Shown one piece after another: positions 17,362 through 28,365 of a stretch of 32,000 nt of DNA. Position 1 is the first letter of the stretch. The number at the start of each line of letters is the position of its first letter. The translations under genes were made by a program, and so were the position numbers. Source of the DNA: Candidatus Saccharimonadota bacterium (lineage in GTDB: Bacteria > Patescibacteriota > Gracilibacteria > UBA4473); contig OY781871.1 in assembly GCA_963677105.1 (NCBI GenBank), positions 210,001-242,000 of the forward strand, given 5' to 3'. A model generated the notes under the pieces. It searched no databases. It saw nothing but the letters and a program-made list of their open reading frames with translations, and was not told the origin of the DNA.

Positions 17362-18362
17362 TTTCTAATTTAATACTTCTTACCGGAGAGGACACATTTC
17401 GATTGCATGAAAGACTTCGTGTTCTAAAAAAAGGATTTAAACAAAAATATCCAAATGGAGAATTAAAGATTTTTGAAACTCCTCAACGTGGAGATGGACA
17501 TGATAATATTGCAGCATTAGCAAGTTTAAATGAGCTAGCTTGTACACCAAATTTGTTCGGAGAAAAACGTCTTGCCATTTGTGAAACAGATTGGTGGAAT
17601 GCTGCAAAATTTGATAAAGCGGAAAATTTTTTCCGCACACTCCCAGACAATGCCGATCATTCTTCAATTCTTGTTGTGCAACCAAAACTCGATAAACGAA
17701 CAAAATGGTCCAAGTTTTTCCTTGATAATGCTCGAACTGAACTATTTGAACCGCTTGATGAACTAAATTTATTGCGTTGGATTGAAAACCGAGTTGAGAA
17801 ATTTGAAAAAAAAATATCAAGAATTGATGCAAAATTTCTTATCAATCGATGCGGAACTGATTTATGGCATCTCGCCAGTGAAATCGAGAAATTGACAACT
17901 GCGACTGAAAAAGAATTTATATCACAAGATATAATTGAAAAACTTACTATTCCTCATCCACAACTGGAAATTTGGGATTTCTTAGAAAAACTCTCTCAAG
18001 GAGATGCAGAAAATGCAATTAAACGATTTCGATCGCTTCTCACTATGGGAAGTCCAATTCATCAGCTTTTCTCAATGATACAACGAGAAATTCGTGTTCA
18101 TGCACAACTGCGAGCAGGACTAGATCAAGGATTACATGAAAGTGAAATTGCAAAACAAACAAAACTTCATCCTTTTGTGGTTAAGAAAACAATCGGTTGT
18201 ACAAAAAACTTTTCTGCTATGAAAATTCGAAAACTGTATGATGAACTGTTTGATATTGAAAAACGAATGAAATCTGGTGGAATAATTCTTACTACAAATG
18301 ATACACGTCCGCTAGAAATCGCTATTGAAAAATTTATTATTAAATGCTGTCACAATGTCTGA
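17358..18362 (+). CDS. holA: DNA polymerase III subunit delta
   Basis: The N-terminus LILLTGEDTFRL, FGEKRLAI and the C-terminal helical domain fit HolA. It has an ATGA overlap with tsaE. Confidence 0.8.
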   Translation: MISNLILLTGEDTFRLHERLRVLKKGFKQKYPNGELKIFETPQRGDGHDNIAALASLNELACTPNLFGEKRLAICETDWWNAAKFDKAENFFRTLPDNADHSSILVVQPKLDKRTKWSKFFLDNARTELFEPLDELNLLRWIENRVEKFEKKISRIDAKFLINRCGTDLWHLASEIEKLTTATEKEFISQDIIEKLTIPHPQLEIWDFLEKLSQGDAENAIKRFRSLLTMGSPIHQLFSMIQREIRVHAQLRAGLDQGLHESEIAKQTKLHPFVVKKTIGCTKNFSAMKIRKLYDELFDIEKRMKSGGIILTTNDTRPLEIAIEKFIIKCCHNV

Positions 18363-19122
18363 ACCTTTTGCGATTATTTGTGGTGGCGTAGGAGGTGCTC
18401 TTTTGGGAAGTTTCACAACAATGCTTGTTTGGAGATTGCACAATGATGAAACTGGAATTTGGACAGGACGAAGCAAATGTCCGAATTGCAAAAAAACGCT
18501 CACTGCTTTTGAACTCATTCCTGTATTTTCATGGCTTTTTCAGCAGGGTAAATGTAAAAGTTGTGGAGAAAAAATATCTTCATTCTACCCTCTCGTAGAA
18601 ATAGTTTTTATTATAAGTGGAACAATATTTATACAACTTTTTTACTCAGAAACGTGGTGGAATATTGCGCTAAAACTCATTCTCATATTTTTTGCCCTTA
18701 TTCTTTGGGTATATGATACAAGATTTTATGAAGTTGATCGGAGAATTTCTTGGCCAGCAATTTTATTTGCATTCGTATTCGTATTTATTGAAGGCGGAAT
18801 TCAATCAGCTCTTATTGGCGGATTTATAGGATTTTCAATTTTTGCTATACAATATTTTTATTCAAAAGGGAAGTGGGTCGGTGCAGGAGACATGGAATTA
18901 GGGCTTTTTCTGGGAATTATTCTTGGATGGGAAAAAACAATTGGCGCATTGTTTCTCGCATATATTCTTGGATCGATTGTTGCCATTCCCCTCTTAATAC
19001 AGAAAAAGAAAACAATGAAATCATTTCTTCCAATGGGAGCATTTCTTATTCCTGCATTTCTAATAATGTTTCATTCTGGCGACAAAATCATTCAGTGGTA
19101 CGTGGAATTATTTTTGTTTTAA
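18355..19122 (+). CDS. Prepilin peptidase (A24 family, PilD-like)
   Basis: The N-terminal zinc motif CPNC...CKSCGEKI is present in a polytopic body containing GAGDMELG. The start MSEPF at 18355 overlaps the end of holA by 8 nt. Confidence 0.88.
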   Translation: MSEPFAIICGGVGGALLGSFTTMLVWRLHNDETGIWTGRSKCPNCKKTLTAFELIPVFSWLFQQGKCKSCGEKISSFYPLVEIVFIISGTIFIQLFYSETWWNIALKLILIFFALILWVYDTRFYEVDRRISWPAILFAFVFVFIEGGIQSALIGGFIGFSIFAIQYFYSKGKWVGAGDMELGLFLGIILGWEKTIGALFLAYILGSIVAIPLLIQKKKTMKSFLPMGAFLIPAFLIMFHSGDKIIQWYVELFLF

Positions 19123-19873
19123 AAATTTCCATCAATTTCTGCGTCCTCTCTCCCACCTGACCATTTCCAATTTTTTCCTCGTCAATCTTTGTCACAGGAA
19201 CAACTCCAAAACTCGTACAAGTAAGAAATACTTCTTCTAAATTACACAATTCTCGTAACGTACATGATTGCAATTTCAGTGGAAAACAGGAATGTTCTAA
19301 GATTAACTCTCTTGTAACACCTTTCATAACTCCTTCATCTGGAGTAGAAAGTTTTTCTCTATCAAACCAAAAAATATTCGCTTTCGCACATTCTGTAACA
19401 TTTCCATTTTTATCAGTGAGAACGGCTGAAAAAAAATCATCCATTTCTGCCATTTTCTGAGCAATATAACCATCTAGTCGAGATGAAAGTGTTTTTAATT
19501 CAGGATTAGAACGTTGCCGAAAAACGGATTTTAACGACACTCCTTTGTAAATGGAGGAATCAATTTGTAAATCCTCTGCCCCAACCATCACTCCTTCTGG
19601 AACAACGGTTATAGAAATTCTTGCTTCACCAGAAATTTTGAAAATAACCTCCAAAATCCATTCCGAGATTTGAGATAAAGAATAAGGAATTCGCAATCCA
19701 ATCATCGCTGCCGAACGCATCAATCGATCTAAATGTTCTTCTTGTTGAAAAACATTTCCTTGATACGTTCTCAATGTTTCATATGCTCCATAACCACACT
19801 GCACTGCTGGAGAAAAAAACGACAATGTCGTCTTCTCTTTTTCAATTATTTTTCCGTTCCATAAATAAATCAT
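19088..19873 (-). CDS. Class IV aminotransferase (branched-chain/D-amino-acid aminotransferase or ADC-lyase family)
   Basis: GYGAYETLRTYQG..FQQEEHLDRLMRSA, GVMKGVTRE and EVFLTCTSFGVVPV are typical of fold-type IV PLP enzymes. Confidence 0.8.
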   Translation of the reverse strand: MIYLWNGKIIEKEKTTLSFFSPAVQCGYGAYETLRTYQGNVFQQEEHLDRLMRSAAMIGLRIPYSLSQISEWILEVIFKISGEARISITVVPEGVMVGAEDLQIDSSIYKGVSLKSVFRQRSNPELKTLSSRLDGYIAQKMAEMDDFFSAVLTDKNGNVTECAKANIFWFDREKLSTPDEGVMKGVTRELILEHSCFPLKLQSCTLRELCNLEEVFLTCTSFGVVPVTKIDEEKIGNGQVGERTQKLMEIFKTKIIPRTTE

Positions 19874-19955
19874 CTAGTGAAATTTTCATAAAAAACATGT
19901 CCTCGGTCAAAAGAAAATTCCGAAAAATATGCTTGATTTTAAAACCTAATATGCT

Positions 19956-19975
19956 AGTCGCTGAGCGACTTTTTT
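19956..19975 (+). terminator. Orphan terminator-like hairpin in the infB 5' region
   Basis: AGTCGC-TGA-GCGACT (6-bp stem, 3-nt loop) is followed by TTTTT, about 180 nt upstream of the infB ATG. No + strand gene lies upstream of it. Confidence 0.4.
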
Positions 19976-20151
19976 GTTCTTAAGTTCTCAAAAAAACTGT
20001 CTAATTGCGTCCTCTTAAAATCTGTGAACACATTTAAAATCATTTTCAATTTTTTAGAAAAAGAATTGAAAGATAAAAGATCGTTGTATGAAAAAGAACA
20101 AATTACGCACAAAATCTGGACTTTTTAGGAAAAATTGATACCCTGCCGAGG

Positions 20152-22248
20152 ATGACAATTTCTGTTTTTGATCTCGCCAAAAAATTAGACCTCGCTCCTG
20201 AGGCGATTTTACTTCATGCCATGGATCTGGATTTTGAAGTTCCTGAAGATGATATGATTCCCGATGATGTTGCCTCGGAAATTGAAAAATTAGAAATTGG
20301 AGATGAACTTGCTCAAACAGAACACGCTATTGAAGAACAATTGGAACGAGAGATCGTAGAAAAACAACAAGAACAAACTGCTGGAAGCAGAAAAAAAATT
20401 CAAAAAAAACAAGCAGAAAAGAAAAAGGAAGAATTGGAAAAAAGAGAAGAGGTTGTTGTGAAAAAACTAGATGATGGAACAATCGTTTTACCTGAAGAAA
20501 TGACTGTTCGTGAACTTTCTGTAAAAATTAATAAACCGATTCCACTTGTGCTTATAAAAATGAAGCAGAATGGAATTATCGCAAATTTGAAGGAAAATAT
20601 TGATTATGAAACAGCCGCAATTATTGCTGGGGAAATGGGAGTAAAAGTAAAAAAAGAAGCAGCTGAACTTTCAAGTGAAGACTTATTTCGAGGAGATTTA
20701 AAATCACTTCTCGCTGATGAAGAAGTAGAACAACTAGAAAAGCGTCCACCAGTAATTTCTATTATGGGACACGTAGATCACGGAAAAACTTCTATTCTTG
20801 ATCATATCCGAAAGGCAAATGTTGTGGATGGAGAAGCTGGAGGAATTACGCAATCTATTGGTGCATATCAGGTTGAAGTTGGAAAACAACTTATTACATT
20901 TCTTGATACTCCCGGACACGAAGCATTTACAATGATGCGTGCTCGTGGTGCACATGCAACAGATATTGCAATTCTTGTTGTTGCTGCTACAGAAAGTGTA
21001 AAACCACAAACAATTGAAGCAATAAATCATGCGCACGCTGCAGAAATTCCGATTGTAGTTGCAATTAATAAAATGGACTTACCGGGAGCAAATCCTGATT
21101 TAGTGAAAAAATCACTCGCTGAATACGATGTTCAGGCTGATGATTGGGGCGGAGATGTTCCATGTATTCCTGTGTCTGCAAAAACTGGAGACGGAATTGA
21201 TACATTACTTGATACAGTAATAACGGTTGCAGAAATGCAAGAATTAAAAGCAAATCCAAATCGAACCGCTATTTGTACGGTTATCGAAGCGGAGATGGAT
21301 CCTCGCTCTGGAATGCGAGCAACTGTTTTAGTAAATACTGGAACATTAAAATCTGGAGATCCGTTTGTGATTCACGATCAACATGGAAAAATTCGTGTCA
21401 TGAAAAATTTCCGTGGTGAACCTGTAAAAATAGCGACACCAAGTACTCCTGTTGAAATTACTGGATTATCAAAATTGCCACAAATGGGAGACTTATTGCA
21501 AGTTATGAAATCCGATAAAGAAGCACGAAAAAAAGCGGAAGCTGTTGCAGGAATTAAACACGAAGACGCATTAATTAAAAGAAAAAAAGCATCACTTGCT
21601 ACATTGAAAGCGCGAATTGCAGATGGAAAAGTTCAGCAATTAAAAATTATTGTGAAGGCGGACTCAAATGGAACACTCGAGGCGGTTGTAAATGAATTAC
21701 AAAAATTAAAAACAGATGAAACAATGGCAAAAGTCATTCATTCTGGAGTGGGAGAAATAAGTGAATCTGATATCATGCTCGCTTCTGCGGGAGAAGCGTT
21801 AGTTGTAGGATTCAATGTTGGAACTTCTGGACGTTTGACAAAACTTGCTGAACGAGAAGGCGTTCAATTATTTTCTTATGACGTTATTTATCATCTCACA
21901 GAAAAGATTCAAGAAATATTAGAAGGACGAGCTGACGATCAAGATATTGAAAAAATTGTTGGAGAAATGGTATTGAAAGGAGTTTTTGCTACCGACAAAA
22001 AAATGGCTGTTGCTGGTGGAGAAGTTACTTCTGGACTTGTTCGAGGAAAAGTTTCTTTCCGATTATTCCGTGGGAAAGAAGAAGAACCCGTTGGTATTGG
22101 AACCGTTGCTTCTGTGCAATTAGGACAAAAAATCGTAGAAGAAGTAAACCAAGGAGCAGAATGTGGATTGAAACTCAAACACGCTGAACTTACATTTGAA
22201 ATTGGAGATCGACTGGAATTCTTCACTGGAGGAGAAAAGTCCAAATAA
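20152..22248 (+). CDS. infB: Translation initiation factor IF-2
   Basis: The G-domain has [17 protein letters not shown] and NKMD, and IF-2 domains follow through to the C-terminus. Confidence 0.95.
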   Translation: MTISVFDLAKKLDLAPEAILLHAMDLDFEVPEDDMIPDDVASEIEKLEIGDELAQTEHAIEEQLEREIVEKQQEQTAGSRKKIQKKQAEKKKEELEKREEVVVKKLDDGTIVLPEEMTVRELSVKINKPIPLVLIKMKQNGIIANLKENIDYETAAIIAGEMGVKVKKEAAELSSEDLFRGDLKSLLADEEVEQLEKRPPVISIMGHVDHGKTSILDHIRKANVVDGEAGGITQSIGAYQVEVGKQLITFLDTPGHEAFTMMRARGAHATDIAILVVAATESVKPQTIEAINHAHAAEIPIVVAINKMDLPGANPDLVKKSLAEYDVQADDWGGDVPCIPVSAKTGDGIDTLLDTVITVAEMQELKANPNRTAICTVIEAEMDPRSGMRATVLVNTGTLKSGDPFVIHDQHGKIRVMKNFRGEPVKIATPSTPVEITGLSKLPQMGDLLQVMKSDKEARKKAEAVAGIKHEDALIKRKKASLATLKARIADGKVQQLKIIVKADSNGTLEAVVNELQKLKTDETMAKVIHSGVGEISESDIMLASAGEALVVGFNVGTSGRLTKLAEREGVQLFSYDVIYHLTEKIQEILEGRADDQDIEKIVGEMVLKGVFATDKKMAVAGGEVTSGLVRGKVSFRLFRGKEEEPVGIGTVASVQLGQKIVEEVNQGAECGLKLKHAELTFEIGDRLEFFTGGEKSK

Positions 22249-22283
22249 TCAAATTGAAAAGCACAAACTACAAATAAATAGTG
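22249..22283 (+). repeat. Heptad-repeat element, copy lacking a recognisable GC-richer head
   Basis: (GTC)CAAATAATCAAATTGAAAAGCACAAACTACAAATAAA aligns by eye with CTCCAAATTACAAATTACAAAGTGCAAACTACAAACTGAA at 26965. The left end overlaps the last codons and stop of infB. Confidence 0.4.
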
Positions 22284-22329
22284 AAGTACTATGGAAGTTT
22301 TTAATGTTAATATTTTTTTATTTTTTTTA

Positions 22330-22371
22330 TAAAAAATCTCCGATTCACACACTAGGTATGCAAATCGGAGA
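22330..22371 (-). terminator. Intrinsic terminator candidate for gene 22391..22837
   Basis: A 9-bp stem TCTCCGATT/AATCGGAGA (22337-22371) encloses a 17-nt loop. It is followed on the minus strand by TTTTTT. Confidence 0.5.
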
Positions 22372-22390
22372 AAATGTTCTTTGTTTGAAT

Positions 22391-22837
22391 TTAGTCGGGT
22401 AAAAAGAGAATGTGACTAACCAAACTCTCACTATCTGCATATTTCATAACAGAAGGAGAGTCAAACAGTTGTATTGTTACAGTCTCAAACTCTTCATGAA
22501 GAAAAGTAATTTTTGTAACCTGAAGGTCGTTCTTTTCCATCAGAAACTTTGATTCTTCTCCAAATTCTGAAACAAAGTATTCTTTCATTCTTTTATTGAA
22601 CACCCTCCACTGTATTTCTACAGAAGATTCCCAAACAGAAGCAGCTATTTCTTGCATTTGCTCCTGAACTCTATTAACTATTTTTTCATTAAATTCGTTT
22701 TGCACATCGTTATTATTGATAGAAGAACCTATTTCCAGAACGATGTGCCTTTCTGGTACTTCTTCTACTTCTTCCGAACAACTCACGCAGCAAAATATTG
22801 CTATCACGACTACTAGTATCCACAGACTTTTTTTCAT
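22391..22837 (-). CDS. Secreted or possible lipoprotein, unknown function
   Basis: The signal peptide MKKSLWILVVVIAIFCCVSC has an imperfect lipobox. I recognise no motifs. Confidence 0.55.
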   Translation of the reverse strand: MKKSLWILVVVIAIFCCVSCSEEVEEVPERHIVLEIGSSINNNDVQNEFNEKIVNRVQEQMQEIAASVWESSVEIQWRVFNKRMKEYFVSEFGEESKFLMEKNDLQVTKITFLHEEFETVTIQLFDSPSVMKYADSESLVSHILFLPD

Positions 22838-22980
22838 AAAGCCCTCCCTTTAGTTTTTTTTGTAAAAAACAAATCTTTCAAAGAACAAATGTAAAACATT
22901 TATTTCAATGAAATATCTGTTTCAACAAGTCAACTATTACACGATTGTGGAAAAAAGTCAATACAGAAAAATATCTCCAT

Positions 22981-23008
22981 AAGAAATTCCCCTCGCCGAA
23001 ACGAGGGG
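22981..23008 (-). terminator. Intrinsic terminator candidate for gene 23037..23936
   Basis: A GC-rich hairpin CCCCTCG-CCGAAA-CGAGGGG lies at 22989-23008. It is followed on the minus strand by AATTTCTT. Confidence 0.55.
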
Positions 23009-23036
23009 ATGTGAATTTGAAATATATTTTCTTCTT

Positions 23037-23936
23037 CTACCAAGAATCTACCTCTGAAACCATGTGTTTCAGTGTCGGCAAAGCCTTGGCATATTCATGT
23101 AACCAAACCCAGTCCCGAAAGTCCTGATAGGCTTTCATGATCTCATTATCACGAAAGCAATACTCCACAGGCAATTTGATATTTGGGTACCAAGTTTTCA
23201 ATTCTCCATTATTCACAGCTTCCAAAAAGGCTTTTAAATATACTTCAAAGTCTTTTGGATTTGTTTCATATATGGAGAGGAACTTAGAACTAAGCTCTTT
23301 GGGATATGTACGATTCAAGAAATCTTTTGTTTCTTGATTTATAGCTCCGTACACTCCAAGGTGTTTTTTCAGAGCTTTCAACATGGTCTCCGAACTATCA
23401 AACCATTTCTTGAAAAGTTCAGGGTGTGTCTGAAGTGTTCTTTTCAAAACGTTAAAAGTATTAGTATCAAATTTTGATTTCAAAATTGACACCATACAGC
23501 CATCCGAACTTCTCAATGAATTCCCTTCTCTGTTCTTAATCGTGTTCACAATATTATAAACATCGATCATGTCTAAGGAATATTCCGGAGCGAGTGAATC
23601 GATATTCAAGTTCATCAACTCCTTATAATTAACCACACTTTCTTCTGCTTTCTGAATTAATGTGGTAAAAACAGTCTTTACAGAGTTTAATTCTTTTACT
23701 GAAAGATCACTCATATCGTAAAACGAGAGATAGGTCTCCCTTCTTGCTTCAGATTCAATCCATTTGCTTCTTAAAGCTATTTTTCGAAGTGAATCCACTT
23801 CTTCAACAAGCTTTTCTCTTTCTGCTTTTAGTTGTTCTTGTTGAAGTTTTTGTTCTTGACGTTTTTGTTCGGTATTACAAGCTGTAAGTAATAAAACTGC
23901 TATCAACAGCATAATAAGTGAAAAATTCCTTTTCAT
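23037..23936 (-). CDS. Lipoprotein with N-terminal coiled-coil, unknown function
   Basis: The lipobox LLTAC is present, followed by a Q/E/K-rich segment (EQKRQEQKLQQEQLKAEREKL). I recognise no catalytic motifs. Confidence 0.55.
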   Translation of the reverse strand: MKRNFSLIMLLIAVLLLTACNTEQKRQEQKLQQEQLKAEREKLVEEVDSLRKIALRSKWIESEARRETYLSFYDMSDLSVKELNSVKTVFTTLIQKAEESVVNYKELMNLNIDSLAPEYSLDMIDVYNIVNTIKNREGNSLRSSDGCMVSILKSKFDTNTFNVLKRTLQTHPELFKKWFDSSETMLKALKKHLGVYGAINQETKDFLNRTYPKELSSKFLSIYETNPKDFEVYLKAFLEAVNNGELKTWYPNIKLPVEYCFRDNEIMKAYQDFRDWVWLHEYAKALPTLKHMVSEVDSW

Positions 23937-24134
23937 AATTTTTTCCTTTTTTAAATCTAAGAGAAAAGTTAAGAGAATTTATTTAGTTTAGAAAATATAA
24001 TTTCAAAGATCTTGGAGTTTTGGCGTTTCTGAAAGAACCTGTTCCTCAGAAAGTTTAAAACTACCATTTAAATTATAGCATAAGTTTTACTTTTGTCAAC
24101 ATCGACAAAAAAAGAAATCTACATAGAATCTATA

Positions 24135-25565
24135 ATGATGCGAAAAGTTGATATTGCATTTGCTCTGGCACGAATCGTTTCCGATGGAATCGCCATATTT
24201 GTAGCACTTGTTTTTGCCTACTTTTTTCGTATGTCTTGGTTTCCCACTCTTGGTGTAGGAGAAGGCGCTCTCCCTCTTATAATGTGGAATTGGTATAAAA
24301 TTTTTGCGGCAGAAATCACAGCAATACTAATTCTCATTTTTTCAGTCAATGGACGGTATTCCTTTGGTGTAGATGAAAAAAGTTGGGATGAAATAAAAAA
24401 TATATTCTGGACATTTACTGCTGGACTCGCCGTAGTTATTGTCTTGTTTTTCGTTCAAAAATTCACTTTCTTTTCTCGTCTTCTTCTTGGTGTTGCTTGG
24501 ATTTCTGGATTTACATTCCTTATCCTTGGACGACAAGGAGTTCGTTGGATTCGTAGAAAATTATGGGAAAAGGGATTTGGACAACTCTATATTCTTGTTT
24601 TAGGAAGTGGTAGTTTGGCAAAAGAATCAATAAATTTCTTGAAAAAAACATCACAGTATAAAATCTGCGGCGTTCTTGTTGAACCAGGAACTAAAACTAC
24701 TTCTCTCGGAGGAGTCCGTGTTCTTGGAACATTTGATCATCTAGAAAAATATTTAGAAAAATTGCGACCAACTGATGTATTACTTGCTGCCGATTATTCT
24801 TCGAAAGTAAATACCGCTCAACTCGCTCGACTCACTCACGTACATCATTCTCGTTTTCAATTTTTACCAGATGAAAGCTCCCTCGACCTTGCTGCTGTAG
24901 AAAGTACACAGTTTGGCGCGTTTCCAATGTTAAAACTCCACGCAACACAACTCGGTGGTTGGGGTGCTGTAGTAAAATCATTTGCAGAACAAGCCTTTTC
25001 TTTTTGTGCACTTATTGCACTTTCTCCGTTAATTCTCTTTCTGATTCTAAAAATAAAATTATCTGATCTCAAAGCTCCTGTTTTTTATGGCTCAAAACGA
25101 ATAGGAATAAATGGTCGTACGTTTACATGTTGGAAATTCCGAACCATGATCCCAAATGCCGAAACATTAAAAAGTAAACTTATAGAAAAAAATGAACGAA
25201 AAGGTGGTGTTTTATTTAAAATAAAAAATGATCCGCGCATTACTCCCTTTGGAGCATTCTTAAGAAAAACTTCTATTGATGAACTTCCTCAATTGTGGAA
25301 TGTTTTTATGGGAGAAATGTCGCTCATTGGTCCACGTCCACATTTGCCAGAAGAAGTAACAAAGTATGAAGCAGAACATCGACTTCTCTTATCAATTAAA
25401 CCTGGACTTACTGGATACGCACAAATTCACGGTCGCTCAAGTTTGAGCTTCGAAGATGAAATGCGATATGAGTTATTTTATTTGAAAAATTGGACTCCAT
25501 GGCTTGACCTCATTATTTTCTTTAAGACAATAAAGCTTGTTTTGAAACGAGAAGACGCAGAATAG
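24135..25565 (+). CDS. Polyprenyl-phosphate sugar phosphotransferase (WbaP/Bac_transf family)
   Basis: PVFYGSKRIGINGRTFTCWKFRTM and LFKIKNDPRITPFGAFLRKTSIDELPQLWNVFMGEMSLIGPRP are present. There is an N-terminal polytopic domain plus a Rossmann-like linker. ATG 24135 is preferred over TTG 24093. Confidence 0.85.
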   Translation: MMRKVDIAFALARIVSDGIAIFVALVFAYFFRMSWFPTLGVGEGALPLIMWNWYKIFAAEITAILILIFSVNGRYSFGVDEKSWDEIKNIFWTFTAGLAVVIVLFFVQKFTFFSRLLLGVAWISGFTFLILGRQGVRWIRRKLWEKGFGQLYILVLGSGSLAKESINFLKKTSQYKICGVLVEPGTKTTSLGGVRVLGTFDHLEKYLEKLRPTDVLLAADYSSKVNTAQLARLTHVHHSRFQFLPDESSLDLAAVESTQFGAFPMLKLHATQLGGWGAVVKSFAEQAFSFCALIALSPLILFLILKIKLSDLKAPVFYGSKRIGINGRTFTCWKFRTMIPNAETLKSKLIEKNERKGGVLFKIKNDPRITPFGAFLRKTSIDELPQLWNVFMGEMSLIGPRPHLPEEVTKYEAEHRLLLSIKPGLTGYAQIHGRSSLSFEDEMRYELFYLKNWTPWLDLIIFFKTIKLVLKREDAE

Positions 25566-25628
25566 TGGCTTCGCTTCAATGTACAAAGACGCTAACGCTT
25601 CAAACCACAAATTACAAAGATATTTGAA
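25566..25628 (+). repeat. Head+heptad intergenic element (duplicated head)
   Basis: The sequence is GTGGCTTCGCTTCAATGTACAAAGACGCTAACGCTTCAAACCACAAATTACAAAGATATTTGAAC. It starts directly after the stop codon at 25563-25565. Confidence 0.6.
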
Positions 25629-25641
25629 CTTTTATATTTGA

Positions 25642-26955
<1,314 letters not shown>

Positions 26956-26956
26956 A

Positions 26957-27015
26957 GTCGCTTCGCTCCAAATTACAAATTACAAAGTGCAAACTACAAA
27001 CTGAAATTTTCAAAT
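26957..27015 (+). repeat. Head+heptad intergenic element (best copy)
   Basis: The sequence is GTCGCTTCGCTCCAAATTACAAATTACAAAGTGCAAACTACAAACTGAAATTTTCAAATACC. It starts 2 nt after the obg stop. Confidence 0.65.
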
Positions 27016-27065
27016 ACCGCATTTTTTCTTTTCATTCGAATAAATTCGCGATATGCTTTAAGTAA

Positions 27066-28259
27066 ATGTACAAACTCTCTCATTGGCTTACGATTGCACT
27101 TGCTGCACTCCTTCCATGGCATGGAGCAATAACTGTGTTTTTACCTGCCCCATTTCGTTGGTGGAAAGAATGCATTATTCTGCTCCTCATTGGACTTGTT
27201 CTTTTGTCTGAATGGAGAGCCTATCAATCTGGAAAAAAATTTTCATTTTCTCTCGCTGAAGCGTCTGCTCTGGGATTTCTTTTTGTTGGAGCAATTCTCT
27301 CTATAATTTCATCAGATGTCTCCACTGCAACAATTGCAATGCGATATCTCGGTCTCCCCTTTCTTACATTTTTCATTTGGTCTATTTGGTTCCAAAACCC
27401 AAAAAACTCTCGATTAAAACATTTAGAATTATTTACAAAAACATTTATTCCATCATGCTTATTTGCAATAATATTTGGATTCTGGATTGTTAAATTAGGT
27501 GGCGCAAGTGTTGTACAAAATTTTTACTCAACAACTATTTCTAGTTGGGTTCCAGGACAAACAATTCCACTATGGCACGAAATTAACGGAGTTGCTCGAT
27601 TGCAAGGAGCGAGCTCTGGTCCAATTGAATTTTCTCATTTACTCATTGCCGCCTTAGCTCTTACTCCATTATTAAAACTTAAGAAATTACCAACAATAAT
27701 TCTTGTCCTTGTGCTGGGAACTGGAATATGGCTTTCTGCTTCACGAGCAGCTTTTATTGGGGCAATTATTATTCTTTCCTGGTGGGGATGGAAATATTTT
27801 CCACAAAGAGGTGTGTCAAAAAAAATGCTCTTTTCTGGGTTATTTATTGGTTTCTGTACTCTTTTCTTTATTGGAACACAAACAGACATCATGAGACGCG
27901 CAGGAACAAATGAACATTTTACTCGTCCTATTGCAGCCTTTTCTGCTGGAACAAAACATTTTCTAACAGGACATGTCGGACAATGGGGACCAGCTGCTCG
28001 AGCAAAAAATTTAATAACATTAAACTCTGATATCGCACCTATTGCTGAAAATGTATTTGCAGATTGGTGGGTACAACTTGGAATTTTAGGATTTATATTT
28101 GGCTTGTCATGGTTTATCGCTATTTTGATAGGAATCTCTACAACAGGATTTGGGTTTGGATTGGCTACAATTGTACTGATAAATCTCGCAACAGTTTTCG
28201 ATATGACCCCTATCGCTATTACTTGGGGAACTATTTTTGCAATGTGGCAAAAACACTAG
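27066..28259 (+). CDS. O-antigen ligase / Wzy_C-like polytopic membrane protein
   Basis: About 10 TM segments are present, with LSASRAAFIGAIIIL and an extracytoplasmic loop typical of the O-antigen ligase/polymerase family. Confidence 0.6.
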   Translation: MYKLSHWLTIALAALLPWHGAITVFLPAPFRWWKECIILLLIGLVLLSEWRAYQSGKKFSFSLAEASALGFLFVGAILSIISSDVSTATIAMRYLGLPFLTFFIWSIWFQNPKNSRLKHLELFTKTFIPSCLFAIIFGFWIVKLGGASVVQNFYSTTISSWVPGQTIPLWHEINGVARLQGASSGPIEFSHLLIAALALTPLLKLKKLPTIILVLVLGTGIWLSASRAAFIGAIIILSWWGWKYFPQRGVSKKMLFSGLFIGFCTLFFIGTQTDIMRRAGTNEHFTRPIAAFSAGTKHFLTGHVGQWGPAARAKNLITLNSDIAPIAENVFADWWVQLGILGFIFGLSWFIAILIGISTTGFGFGLATIVLINLATVFDMTPIAITWGTIFAMWQKH

Positions 28260-28295
28260 CGATTCGCTTCAAAACTCAATATACAAATATTTTTG
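28257..28295 (+). repeat. Head+heptad intergenic element (short copy)
   Basis: The sequence is TAGCGATTCGCTTCAAAACTCAATATACAAATATTTTTG. The head overlaps the stop codon at 28257-28259. Confidence 0.5.
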
Positions 28296-28365
28296 TTCTC
28301 TGTGTTTTTATATTTAAAATTTTAAGAAAGTTGCATTTCTCAATCTTTCTGGCAAAATCCCAACA

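Noticed and set aside
19088-19122. 35-nt convergent 3' overlap of the prepilin peptidase and aminotransferase genes as a sign of frameshift or misassembly
   Set aside because: Both proteins reach plausible full lengths with family-typical C-terminal regions. Short convergent overlaps are tolerated in compact genomes.
13178-22248. Separation of nusA from infB as evidence of an inserted island
   Set aside because: The intervening genes are ordinary housekeeping genes (tRNA-Phe, tsaE, holA, prepilin peptidase, aminotransferase). There are no mobility genes or flanking direct repeats that I could see.
24026-24052. Imperfect inverted repeat TTTCTGA-N13-TCAGAAA in the divergent 23937-24134 region as an operator
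   Set aside because: Only 7-bp perfect arms are present and the sequence is AT-rich. By eye it cannot be distinguished from chance, and no regulator gene is adjacent.
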